From contig JANKJI020000002.1 of the NCBI GenBank assembly GCA_024626585.2, forward strand, positions 130,633,187 through 130,650,449: a stretch of 17,263 nucleotides of DNA, in the 5' to 3' direction. The stretch's first letter is position 1; every line of letters begins with the position of its first letter. The DNA is from Ginkgo biloba. Taxonomy: Eukaryota > Plantae > Ginkgophyta. A model generated the notes under the pieces. The model was not told where the DNA came from. It saw only the letters and a list, made by a program, of their open reading frames with translations, and made no database searches. Both the position numbers and the translations under genes were made by a program. Shown here piece by piece: positions 1 through 11,222 of this stretch.

Positions 1-746
1 TGGGCAAAGTTTTCTGAAATTTTCGCTAAGATCTTGTGGTGAAAAGATAGTGATTTATAAGGAATTTCAGATTTGATATCTAGTTGCATATTCTGATTGT
101 TTAGTGGGTAACATTTCACACTCTTGTCGAAACGAAGGATTTTAACACTGATCTATTGGTTTGGACAATGGGTAGTTGTTCATAATGGGAAAAGAAAGCA
201 TGCAAATGGATAAGCGACAGAGGTGGATAGTGACAGGCAAAGGACAATGAACAGGTAGTGATGGGCAACAGACAAAGGTGTTTGGTGGTGATGGGTGGAA
301 ACTATATAAGACAGGCGATGGATGGAATAGGGAAAAAACGGGAGGATGTGGGTGGGATAACAGGCAATGATATGCAAATGTGAGTAGGAAGCAAAGAGTC
401 ATATATTTCTCTAACACTGCTTGTAAGGGTCCAAACAATTCCTTACTCAATGATTTACAAAGTAGGAGTGTTGAATAAGTACTCGGGGTTCACCTACCTC
501 CCCTGTATCAACTATACTTTATGAATAATGAGAGAAGAAAAATAAATATTTATATTTTTTTATGATTTTGAGGAGAAGCATGCATGATTTATATAATTGA
601 CAAGTATCNNNNNNNNNNTGAGATTTTTTATGCCTATATATACTTTTAAGGCACCCTTTCAGATCCTAGAGGTGACCCCTACTTATAAGTAGTCTTTAAT
701 TAACATTTATTAAACTCTTTGATTATAGTTATGTTAGGCACATAAT

Positions 747-1292
747 AGTTGATTTGCATATAAATTAGTATGTGCTTGTGCTCTTTCAATATTTCATTGG
801 AATTCCTTAAGTATTTTTTCATTTGCTCAAGCATCTCTAGAGAAACTTGTTTTTTTCCCTTAAAATTCTTTAAATCAAGTTCCAATGGAATTAAGGGTTC
901 AAAGCCATACATGGCTTTAAAGAGTGCCATATCTATAGCCGAATCTTTCTCATTGTTGTATGGAAATTCCATGAAGGGAAGTCTCTATTTCCAACTATTC
1001 TATCTAGTGGCCACATGAGATCTTAACATATCCTCCATAATTTTATTGACTCGCTCTATTTGCCCATCAGTTTTGAGGATGATCTCCACTACTAGAATTC
1101 AATTTGGTCCCTAAAGAATGGAATAACTCTGCCCATACTTGACTTAGCAAACTTTACATCTTGATCTCTCACAATATTCTCAAGGATTCCAAATTTAGTA
1201 AAGACTTATGAAATCAAAATATTGGCTATGTCTTTACCTTTGTGGATTATTCTACATGGGATAAATCTAGCCATCTTCATGAGTTGGCCCAC
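747..1292 (-). mobile_element. Degenerate Ty3/gypsy (chromovirus-type) integrase fragment, copy 1
   Basis: Minus-strand translation with stops and frameshifts: VGQLMKMARFIPC...VFTKFGILENIVRDQDVKF...GTKLNSSSGDHPQ/TDGQIERVNKIMEDML...LPFMEFPYNN...FKAMYGFEP, matching the rve core (VDRLTKMAHFIP, IVSDRD, HPQTDGQTERVN). Truncated at about 747 and ends at a gap. Confidence 0.93.
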
Positions 1293-1899
1293 NNNNNNNN
1301 NNNNNNNNNNNNNNNNNNNNNNNNNNNNNNNNNNNNNNNNNNNNNNNNNNNNNNNNNNNNNNNNNNNNNNNNNNNNNNNNNNNNNNNNNNNNTTAGTTAT
1401 GCAAAAAATAACTAGTGCCTAAAAGTAATGAATTGCATTGGTGTAGTCAAGAAGCTATAATAGAGAGTATAATTCCTAGAATGATGATGCTCTTCATGGG
1501 ATATCATAAAGAGATAGAGAAAATATGATTAAGGGTTATGTAAGCCTGGATAAATCATATGTATGTAAAAAGAGAGAACATTAATCCCCATATAGGGATG
1601 GGATCACTCATAGGGATATCCTAAACCCTGAAATTCCCTTTATGGAAGTTCATTCTCTCTAATTACTCCTTAAAGGGAGGAACCCTTATCTAATATGACC
1701 TCTTGGCCTTTCCCTTCACAACTTTCTCCCTTGTAAGAACCTCTAAACAAGTTTTAACCATAACATATCAAATATCCAACTAAGTCCCATCATTAAGCTT
1801 AAGTTTATGTAAGCCATTCATGGTTGAATTTAAAGTGCTTCATATAGTTGTTCTTGAACCACTTCTCAAGGCCAAATTCATAGAAATATGAACAATAAA

Positions 1900-2960
1900 A
1901 TATTTCCCCAATACATAGAGATCATTGTCCTCAATGAGCCTAACTTCTTTAACAAAAGTCAATAATTCCCAAGCAGCGTCCTCAATTGGCTTATTTGACC
2001 ATTCGACTAGATATTATGTAATATCTATGTTTCTTAGCCTTCTTGTCCTCTCATCCAATATGCCAATTGGATCATGAACTTCTTGGTCCACTTCTTGGAC
2101 ATCCACATAAGTAGGTAAAACATTGTCATATCTAGATAAAGCCCTTTTCAAATAACTCACATGGAACATTGGATGCATTTTGACGTGCATTTGTATCTAT
2201 AATTTGTAAGCCACTTCATTAACCTTTTTCTTGCACTTGAAAAGGACCACAACAATGAGGTGATAGCTTAATACATCATCTTGTTGACAATGAGATATTT
2301 GGCTTAACCCATAGATACACCATATCCCCCACCTAGGAATTCCTTGGTGATCTATGTTGATCTGCATATAACTTAGCACGTGCTTGTGCTCTTTCAATAT
2401 TTCTTCGGTATTTCCTTAATTCTTTTTGCATTAGCTCAAGAATCTCTAGGGAAGTTGGGGTTTTCCCCTTAAAATTCTTTAGATCCAGTTCCAATAGAAT
2501 TAAGGGTTCATAGGCATACATAGCTTTAAAGGTGTCATACCTATAATTGAATGTGCGTTGTTGTTGTGTGCAAATTCTACAAAGGGGAGTCTCTCTTCTC
2601 TACTAGTCTATCTAGTGGCCATATGATGTATTAACATATCGTCCATAATCTTATTGACTTGCTCCATTTGCCTAACAGTTTGAGGATGATCACTACTACT
2701 AAAATTCAATTTGGTCCCCAAAGCACGAAATAATTTGGTCCATACTTGACTAGTAAACTTTGCATCCTAATCAGTTGACAAAATAATTTGGCCTTTGTAA
2801 TCAAAATATTAGTTGTCTTAGCTTTGTGGGTCATTCTACATGGGATAAATCTAGCCATCTTCATGAGTTGGCCCACCACCACTAAAATTTGATCATGCTA
2901 TTATTGGGTTTTTGGTAGGGAGGTTATAAAATCCATAGATATAATTTACCATTTTGCCTT
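1900..2960 (-). mobile_element. Degenerate chromovirus integrase core, C-terminal region and chromodomain, copy 2
   Basis: KW*IISMDFITSLPKT...ILVVVGQLMKMARFIPC...[39 protein letters not shown]...RAQARAKLYADQHR...VNEVAYKL*...MHPMFHVSYLKR...PIGILDERTRRLRNIDIT*YLVEWSNKPIEDAAWE...IEDND, followed by a decayed purine tract (about 1901-1910 on the minus strand). Confidence 0.95.
1965..2075 (-). pseudogene. Integrase-associated chromodomain (group II-like), with internal stop
   Basis: PIGILDERTRRLRNIDIT*YLVEWSNKPIEDAAWE; YLVEW at 1999-2013, TAA at 2014-2016. The first and third aromatic-cage positions are non-aromatic. Confidence 0.88.
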
Positions 2961-2994
2961 TAAATATGTTAATATGCTGCAAGTCTGTTGACTG

Positions 2995-3430
2995 GGCAAA
3001 GTCACACGCACGTGGAGGAGACGGAACACCTATGGTGGGAGGAAGGCACGTTGGCCAATGTCGAGAAAGGAGACGCTAGCCATAGTGGGAGCGTGGAGCC
3101 ACACCCCTATAGAGAAAAGAGAACACAGTACCAGGGTTGGCCGTGATGTGAGAAGATGTTAGTAGCCACACGGTGGAGAATGAAAGTAGGATCTACAATG
3201 GCGTGGAAGAAAGAAGGACGCCAAGTGATCTGCAACTGTCGCAGGCCCGTGGTGGTGGTAAAGATCTGCAATCTGTAATATCAAAAGAGGAAGCAACCTT
3301 GGAAGGATACCCATGGTTAGCAGAGAACACTAATCTCAAAGCCGAACACGCGAGGCACAGTACGAAAGAAAATGCGATCCGGATTGGAAGAAAATCACGC
3401 GGCGACAAGATAAAAATTCAACGCAGGCAA
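2995..3430. other. CpG-rich island of unknown nature abutting the truncated integrase
   Basis: More than 20 CpG dinucleotides in about 430 bp against a strongly CpG-depleted background; purine-rich on +. Confidence 0.6.
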
Positions 3431-4469
3431 AGTGATTTTGAATTTAACTTTTTTTTACAAAGGTTGAAGTAAATTTAATTGAATTGGAGAAGTTTTTGGA
3501 GTCCACCCCTTGAGAGCTATTATTTTTAACTTTTTAAATTCACTCCGAAATCAAGATTTCATTAGTTTCAGGCATGTTTTTTGCATGAAAGAAAGACTGG
3601 GTAGTTGGACAGGAGACAGTTTTTTTGTTGCAGGAGTTCTAGAGTTCAAATCTTGTTTAGATTTTTTATTTTCAATGAGGAAAGAATGCGGTCACATGGA
3701 CAACNNNNNNNNNNNNNNNNNNNNNNNNNNNNNNNNNNNNNNNNNNNNNNNNNNNNNNNNNNNNNNNNNNNNNNNNNNNNNNNNNNNNNNNNNNNNNNNN
3801 NNNNCCAATTCCTCTCTATTATAAATGTGGGTTGTAGGGACCCCACGATGGTGTTGCATGGCACCATTATGGGGTTAAACCCCTCTCAAACCTTCCCTAA
3901 ATATGCATATACAACAGCATTAATGACAAATAGGAGGACCTCTCCTTATTTCATTTTGAGGCTTAATAGCAGGTAGCCCTCCCTTAGGATGATGATTGAT
4001 ACTAGGGTAGCAAACCAAGTTTCTCCTTGTGCAATAAATAAGGATGGTACAACTCCAATAAATGCAACTGTCTTTTTTAGGTAACTTACTATGTCATACC
4101 CTAAGTCTACACAATAGGTTTTACAAGAAGAATATGGAGAAAAACTAAAGATAAAGGTGAATGGGGCAAAGACTTGGCTGCAAGTGGCCTTAAAACTCTT
4201 TGTACGGGTGATTTTGAGCTCAGAAATTTGCCTAGAAGGTCCCACTATAGTTGTGCAACTCTAATTAGATGGCCAAGTCATCCCAATGTCAAGTTGGAAA
4301 GTCAAAGTTGGCCCAAGGTTAAATTGGTCTTGTTAGGACTAGCCTTGCCTTGGAAAATGTGCCCAAATAAAGGTCACCTTCTCCAAACTTCAATTCCCTA
4401 GACACGAGAATATTAAAGACCCAATGTGGGTAAGACTTTCATTTCTCCTAGGTGAATTCAAAGATGAGG

Positions 4470-6521
4470 AAACTCTATGCCACATAAGCATCGACTTCTA
4501 AATTGGGCTTCTAGGGTGAGAATAAACTATAAAATCATATTCTTGAAGTGCAAGGACCCAGCATGCTAGACGAGATATTAGCCCTTTCCTTGTGAATGTG
4601 TGAGGGTAACATGATCAGTTTCAGCAATTGCGCGAGAATAATGCAAGTAGGGATGCAATTTATCAAATGGCCAAGCAACAATGAGGCATTTCTTTTCAGT
4701 GGGAGGGTATTTTTTCTTAGGCCCCAATAAGGAGTGATTGATATAAGCCTCATGGTGCATACTGTATTTAGAAGATTCTTGAAAGAGAATGGTGCCTAAC
4801 CCAATGTCATAAGCATATCTATGAGGAAGAAAAGAATGCACAAAATCAGGATATGCTAAAACAACTATTGATATCATGGCATGTTTGATTTTGGCAAATG
4901 TAGATGCACATAATGGTGACCTTTCAAAGAGCATATATGGGTAAAAATAGTGCAAAGGAGTAGAAATAAAACCAAAATTGGATAGATTTTTGTAAGCAAA
5001 ATCACACATACCAAGGAATTGTTGCATTGATTTGACAGAAGTTGCTGTATGAAAACCTAGAATGGCCTGGATTTTAGCTTTCTCCATCTTAATATGATGT
5101 CTTGACACACAAAATCCTAAGTACAAGTTTAAAAACACCCTAGACATATTTCTTAGCATTAATTTTTAAATTGTATAGTGGGAAAGGTTGGAAAGCCCAT
5201 CAAAGCACATTTAACTGTTCTTCACAAGACATAAAAAATGAGTAAGTTATTCAAGTAAACCAATACTATGCTAGAACCAATGAGGTCACTCACCACAATA
5301 TTTGTCAACTAGTGAGATGTGTTAGGAGCAATGGGAAAACCAAAGGGCATTAACAAGAACTCATACAACCCTACTGGAGTATGGAAAGTTTGTCTTAAAA
5401 GCATCCTCTTATGTAAGAGAAATTTGCCAATATCCAAAAGACAAGTCCAATGAAGTAAAGAAAGAGGCACCTCCTAAGTGGTCCAAGATCTCATCCACTT
5501 GAGGAAGTGGAAAGATATTGTTAACTGTGACTCAATTAAGATGCTAAGAATAAATATAGAAAAGAGCATTATTATTTTTCTTCTTCACGAGATGTGGTTC
5601 TAAAGCCCAAGCACTTTTTGAAGGTCAAATCATTTTTTGTGTGAGCATTTCAGCAACACATTGGTTTATTCTATAAACATCCTACAAAGATTCATGTCAA
5701 ATTGGCATTTTGATAGGAGAAACATTACCAGTGCAAATACAATGGACAACATTGGTAGAAGTGCATGTTAGTTTTCCAAGCATGAAAGCAACTGGGAAGG
5801 CAACTATCAAGGAATGAATATAATGAAAATGATCAATGGATGTTAATATGTGTATAACGTTTTGGACCAATGAAGAAGGGAAAATGTTGGACTTACACCA
5901 AAGAGATAAAAAGCATAATGAGGGATTTGAAGTTCCTTATAACTGATATTGCAAGAAGTGCTTGTGGCCAATAACGATTCAAACCCTAATATTACTAGAA
6001 AAAAATGTTTGGGAATTATATATCACTTAGTTAATAAATGTTTATGTTCAATGAAAGGTCAGGGTTGTGAAGAGATAGTCTTGAAGTAATTATCACCAAG
6101 GATACTACAAGTAGTTGAGTAGAATAAATAATTAATATGAGTTGATATAAAAATAAGAAATAAATGGATTTAATATATCTACAATTAACTAATGCATTAA
6201 TGTAGTGACAATAAACAAAATTTGGGATTGTGAAATAAAATCATGAAAAGATAAAAGAGGCATGCAAAATGCTTTGGGAGAAAAAGTAAGAGTGGCTTGT
6301 CCCCTTCAACCACTTACTCATTCATTTCATGAATATTCTATAAAGTTTAGAGGTTACTATAATTTGAGCACTAGGAGAAAAATAATAAAATTTACTAGTG
6401 TGGTTATATTAGTTACAATTTAAACACAAAGGATAAATATTGAAATAACAATTTAGTTCTTGGTTAAATCCCTCTTTCTTGAACACTTTGAATAATATCA
6501 ATGCCCATAGAAGTGGGGGTT
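4470..6521 (-). mobile_element. Degenerate Ty3/gypsy gag(3' end)-protease-RT-RNase H; integrase not seen
   Basis: In order on the minus strand: PTSMGID (PxPMxID-like, about 6498-6518); CLNCN*YNHTSKFY (CCHC relic, 6385-6426); ALVNCR (protease ALVDxG relic, 6178-6195); VILG (about 5985-5996); HCICTGNVSPIKMP (about 5703-5744); I*PSKSAWA..LVKKK; FPLPQVDEILDHLGGASFFTSLDLSFGYWQI (GYWQI 5421-5435); GLYEFLLMPFG (MPFG 5339-5350); VYLNN (YLDD relic, 5246-5257); QQFLGMC; DIGLGTILFQ; YPPTEKKCLIVAW..KLHPYL..ETDH; RLACWVLALQEYDF (QEYDF 4531-4545). Confidence 0.95.
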
Positions 6522-7064
6522 NNNNNNNNNNNNNNNNNNNNNNNNNNNNNNNNNNNNNNNNNNNNNNNNNNNNNNNNNNNNNNNNNNNNNNNNNNNNNNN
6601 NNNNNNNNNNNNNNNNNNNNNTATATATATTGTTTGTGCATTAGAATGTACTTAGCTTAATAAATTATTAAGGACAAATTACAACACTAATTGTTAATGA
6701 AGAAAGACTTTTAATAGCTTTATTATGTGTTCCCTAATAACACTAACTACATGGATGTACATATCAAGAAAGGATAGAAAAAATAAAGTGATCTTGTATG
6801 CAATATGTTGAAGAGATGAAATATAAATACATATATATATGAGCATGCTAAGGAACCCAATTTGAAGTATCCTCTAACTTACCATATTATAATAGCATGA
6901 CCTCATGAACAAGGGGTTACCTATTTCTCATAGAGAATCCTATTAGGCTTCTAAGAACGCTAGCAATGTCATCATGATCTCATGGGAATAAATGGATGTT
7001 GTTAATGAGGATTCAATCATTGGGATTACCACTAGAGGGCAGTGAATATTAAACAAGTGGGGAG

Positions 7065-7845
7065 ATGAAAGAATTCAACTTAACATTATTGTTAAGCTGG
7101 GAAGGGAACATAATATGCTTGACAAAATATCCCAAATAGATATCAATAAAGAGGAAATAGAAGTAGCATATGATTTCCTAGATTCTACTCTTTATATACT
7201 AAAATTAATATCAAGCTCATACAAAAGTCTAGTTGAATATATGAAGCAAGTGACGATGTCGTTGTGGGATGATGTAGAGTACAAAATTAGGAAAAATTTT
7301 ATGAGTTGATTAGAGATGAATTTTACCTTTGGAGTGTTATAAAGATGCATTCTTCCATATGAATTACCTTTAATCTTAGGGCAGGTGCACAAGGGACTAG
7401 TTGAAGGCCACTTTGGGAAAGGGGAGATGACCCAAAAAATCTTATTATTTCGATTATGGTGTCCAACTCAATTTAAATAAGAACAAGAATTTTGTGCCAC
7501 CTATGACAGTTGCTAGTGGAAATGTGGACTCAGTGAGGATCAATATGGTCCCCTTAAGTTGATTATGGACACCACAACATTTAAGAAGTGAGGATTATAT
7601 TTCCTTAGTCTAATGAAATTGACAGCGAGAAGGAGTCAAGAATGATACATTATCATGGCTGCGAACAATGTTACTAAGTGGGTAGAGGTAAACGTTGTTT
7701 GGGAAGATGATTCATGGAGTAGAGTAAGATTCCTATATGAAATGGTCATTATTAGGTTTGGGTTCCTAATTGAGTTGGTAAGCGGTAGGGGTACATATTT
7801 TTTCAATGAGACTATAAAGACCATAACAAAAGAGTTTCATTTGTT
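7065..7845 (+). mobile_element. Degenerate non-chromovirus Ty3/gypsy RNase H end and integrase (HHCC plus partial core)
   Basis: EFN/.IIVKLGREHNMLDKISQI (QEFDF..VKPG...D.LSRI-like); from 7331 GVL*RCILPYE..ILGQVHKGLVEGHF...QKILLFRLWCPTQFK...FCATYDSC*...FKK*GLYF...YIIMAANNVTKWVE...FLYEMVIIRFGFLIELVSGRGTYFFNETI, matching Athila/Tat-like TKWVEA, RFG.P..LVSDRG.HF.N motifs. Breaks off at about 7845. Confidence 0.92.
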
Positions 7846-8399
7846 CGGTCATGCTTGGGTCATCATACTTTAAAAGATGGATGAGTCAAATATCAAATTG
7901 ACCTACTATTTTATGTGTGCCTTGATTCATGCCACACAACTAAGCAAGCATGGTTTGCATTGTATTGGTGTTGTCAAAAGTTTGAAGGATGGATTGGTGA
8001 AACACAACCTATTTGTGTTTAGAAAATTTATGTAGATGAGTCTACCAAGAAGTTGTAATGTCATATGTGATATTGGTCAAGATTCTCAAAGTGATTAAGC
8101 CAAGAATGAATGTTCTCTATAGGGGAGCTCAATAAATATACTAGTCTTGCCTTCTAAACCTGCATGCTAACATGATTAAGAGATTCAACATAGATAATCA
8201 TCAAAGTACAAGTGCATAATAAATATTCATTAATGTTAATTAATGACCTATGCACATACATGTACAATTATGTGAAAAATGTAAAAGGTAGACTAGGAAA
8301 CTTAACTAGCATCCACTATTGGCCATTGGGGATTGCTTAAAAAGGCCTATTTGGTTGGAAGCCAAACCTCCAATGGCAACACAATACACACCCTCAACA

Positions 8400-8885
8400 T
8401 TTAGCAACTATGATTTCTCTGCTACATTCCACCCCTTAACCTAACCAAATAGGGGTGCTAGGTGTAGGTCTTTTTGTAACCCATATTTAGTACTAGGACG
8501 GTCTCCCAAGTGAGACATCTATCCCAAACTGACTGAAAGCATGCATCAAAGCATAGTTGGCTGCAATAAATAAGTGAGCAAGAGACAATTTGCACAAAAC
8601 ATAACTATGTAAGACAGACTAGATGTACTACTTACTATCGTTGATAGCACAACTTATAGCACTAGAGCATCTCCAAGTGTTCTTAGGGTGCTAGCCCTAC
8701 CCTTGCTGTTAGTTTGGCCAAATAAATAGTAAATGCTTACTAGGGCTATGGCTTGTATAGTCCCAAGTCGAACAAAAATGCATAAATGTACCTTAGAATA
8801 GCCACAACTATACTCAATAGATCCCCTTAGTAGATTACTTGTTAGGAAAAGTTGCCCCTTATGTTGGGCATCAGGGTTTATGAAC
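8400..8885 (-). pseudogene. Possible spliced gene fragment (3 exons), product unknown
   Basis: Minus strand: TTTCAG acceptor, exon 8885-8792, GTACAT...CTAACAG intron 8791-8706 (86 nt), exon 8705-8636, GTAAGT...TTATTGCAG intron 8635-8561 (75 nt), exon from 8560. The joined frame has several stops and no recognised motif. Confidence 0.35.
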
Positions 8886-9379
8886 CTGAAACAAGAGGGA
8901 GTAATAAATATACTAAACCTTGTATGTCCAAGCAATTCATCTTCAAACATAAATGTGACAGAATTGCTCTATGACCAAGAGCACCCTATTGCATGGAACT
9001 TATTTTTGCAAATGTAGGGTTTACACTCCCCTATACATGCTTTTATAACTAAAAATTTAGATATAGGATAATTCTATTTACATGAATTTATGTCAACATG
9101 CAAAAATAAATGCAGAAAGTAGTGTTTCACTGTACACTTACAATTTAGGGTAACTTATTGGTTTAGACTGAAGAATTGAAGATGTCAAACCTTTTTGTAG
9201 GTCAAAACATCCGAGCTTAGCCCTTTAGAACCTTGTGACTTACTTCAAAAGGTCAAATNNNNNNNNNNNNNNNNNNNNNNNNNNNNNNNNNNNNNNNNNN
9301 NNNNNNNNNNNNNNNNNNNNNNNNNNNNNNNNNNNNNNNNNNNNNNNNNNNNNNNNNNTGTCAATCTGCCTTTAAATGG

Positions 9380-9718
9380 AATGTTATTTAGGACCAGTCT
9401 CATTCTTTGATGTCTCTTGCTATGATAAAATTTCAGCTTGTTTGTTCTTTATATTCTACATCTCTGCCTGCAAAGATTCTAGAACATTGTTGGGGGTACG
9501 AGCTTTAAGTTCATTAATCTCATCTTCCAGTTTGTGATGGTAAAGGTGGCATCTTTTAGAGCGAAAGATAGCTGCAAATTTTCTTCTAGTAGTTTCTCCA
9601 TAGTTGCCTAAATCTCCTTAGTAATTTTTCATTGCTTGATATAATTGGACTCTAATGAATCCACATGCCATGACATCCTGCAGACCGTGGTGCCTTCCTC
9701 TTTATCTTTGGTTGCCAT
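9380..9718 (-). pseudogene. Decayed coiled-coil ORF, possibly the N-terminus of a LINE ORF1
   Basis: MATKDKEEGTTV...IKQ*KITKEI*ATMEKLLEENLQLSFALKDATFTI/KLEDEINELKARTPNNVLESLQAEM*NIKNKQAEILS*QETSKNE: heptad-like and E/K/Q/L-rich, with stops and one frameshift; runs into a gap. Confidence 0.5.
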
Positions 9719-9779
9719 CAAATGGAGCCAAATATACCAAACGAGACTTTCCCCTAGCCATAAATAGAGTCCATTACCT

Positions 9780-10080
9780 CTACGAGTAGGAGAACGAGGC
9801 CCGTGAGAGAGAGCACAATGAGAACGGGTCTCAAATGCAGAACGCAAACAGAGAATAGAGAGGGAGACGGAAAGGGAACGCAAATAGAGAATAGAGAGGC
9901 AGGAACACGAACAGAACCCTATAATGAACAAACCCTAAATTTGAATAGAGAGGGAGGGAATGCGAACGGAGAATGGAACACGAACGCGCAGGGAGAAAAA
10001 CACGATCGTGATGAGGGGAGACGATAGAGCGAGGATGCTCCTTAAACTTAGAGAGAGAGAGAATGAATTACAACCCTAAC
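9780..10080 (-). promoter_or_regulatory. CpG-rich, CT-rich (minus strand) leader/promoter-like region with telo-box and GA tract
   Basis: AAACCCTAA at 9930-9938, (GA)n at about 10050-10062, repeated GAATAGAGAGG and GAACACGAAC/GAACGCAAA modules, retained CpGs; lies directly 5' of the coiled-coil ORF. Confidence 0.45.
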
Positions 10081-10855
10081 CAAGATAATATGTTTGGTAA
10101 GAATAAAGCAAAAAAGACATTAGACACGAGCTTTTCTGGACAAGACTTGCCATTTATAGACCTCAAGACACTATGCAAAGCACCACACAAACCCCAAAGT
10201 AATATGGAAGCTTTATAATCCTTACAAAGTCTTAGACCTATTAAATAGCATCAAAGTGTTGAGTAAGAGAAGCTTAAGGCATAGCTGGACATAGGAGCTT
10301 TGAAATGAATGGTCATGAGATTATGTTGCACTTAGGAAAGGATATCCTAAGGAGCTAAGTAGGCTAACAAGCTTGGGGAATTCTTAGCAAATCGCAAGGA
10401 GTTAAGTGGACCAATAATGAACCTCAGATTTGAAGAGGGATTTAATAGGTTGTACTACTAAAGGCTAAATCATTTCACTCAAGGTGGAAGGGTATTGGGG
10501 CTACCTATAGGACAAACAACAAATATATATGGCTTCATTTTGGACATCATCAAAAGAATTTCTACTTCTTCTATGACTTTAAAACATCTTCTTCACAGGT
10601 ACTATGACTTGGAAGCATTAGGTTTAATTGTAATTTGGATTCTAAGCACATTTTGGAGTTTGACCTACTTCTAGGAGACTAGATGAGACTTTAGACCTTT
10701 TTTTTGTGATTTTATTGTACCTTTTACCTATTGTAGGGACTTCACCTTGTGTCTAAGAGGCTTTGAAAGCACTACAACTTGCATATATTGCTTTTTGGGC
10801 AATTTGTCGGGCACTTGGAGTACTGTAACTTAAACTGTCAAGCATTCTACTACTT

Positions 10856-11222
10856 NNNNNNNNNNNNNNNNNNNNNNNNNNNNNNNNNNNNNNNNNNNNN
10901 NNNNNNNNNNNNNNNNNNNNNNNNNNNNNNNNNNNNNNNNNNNNNNNNNNNNNNNNNNNNNNNNNNNNNNNNNNNNNNNNNNNNNNNNNNNNNNNNNNNN
11001 NNNNNNNNNNNNNNNNNNNNNNNNNNNNNNNNNNNNNNNNNNNNNNNNNNNNNNNNNNNNNNNNNNNNNNNNNNNNNNNNNNNNNNNNNNNNNNNNNNNN
11101 NNNNNNNNNNNNNNNNNNNNNNNNNNNNNNNNNNNNNNNNNNNNNNNNNNNNNNNNNNNNNNNNNNNNNNNNNNNNNNNNNNNNNNNNNNNNNNNNNNNN
11201 NNNNNNNNNNNNNNNNNNNNNN
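10856..11222. other. Assembly gap (largest of nine)
   Basis: N runs at 609-618, 1293-1392, 3705-3804, 6522-6621, 9259-9358, 10856-11222, 12918-12937, 15003-15102, 16924-16983. Confidence 1.

Noticed and set aside
422-432. TGTAAGGG (also TGTAAG at about 1732 and TGTAGGGACCCC at about 3833) as LTR termini
   Set aside because: No paired LTR or target-site duplication can be shown in the window.
3173-3472. 99-aa plus-strand ORF and overlapping 71-aa minus-strand ORF
   Set aside because: Non-ATG starts and no motif; openness is explained by GC- and purine-rich composition.
10090-10855. Possible LTR sequence (also 1393-1895 and 3805-4440)
   Set aside because: Non-coding and repeat-like, but no diagnostic boundary is visible; left unannotated.
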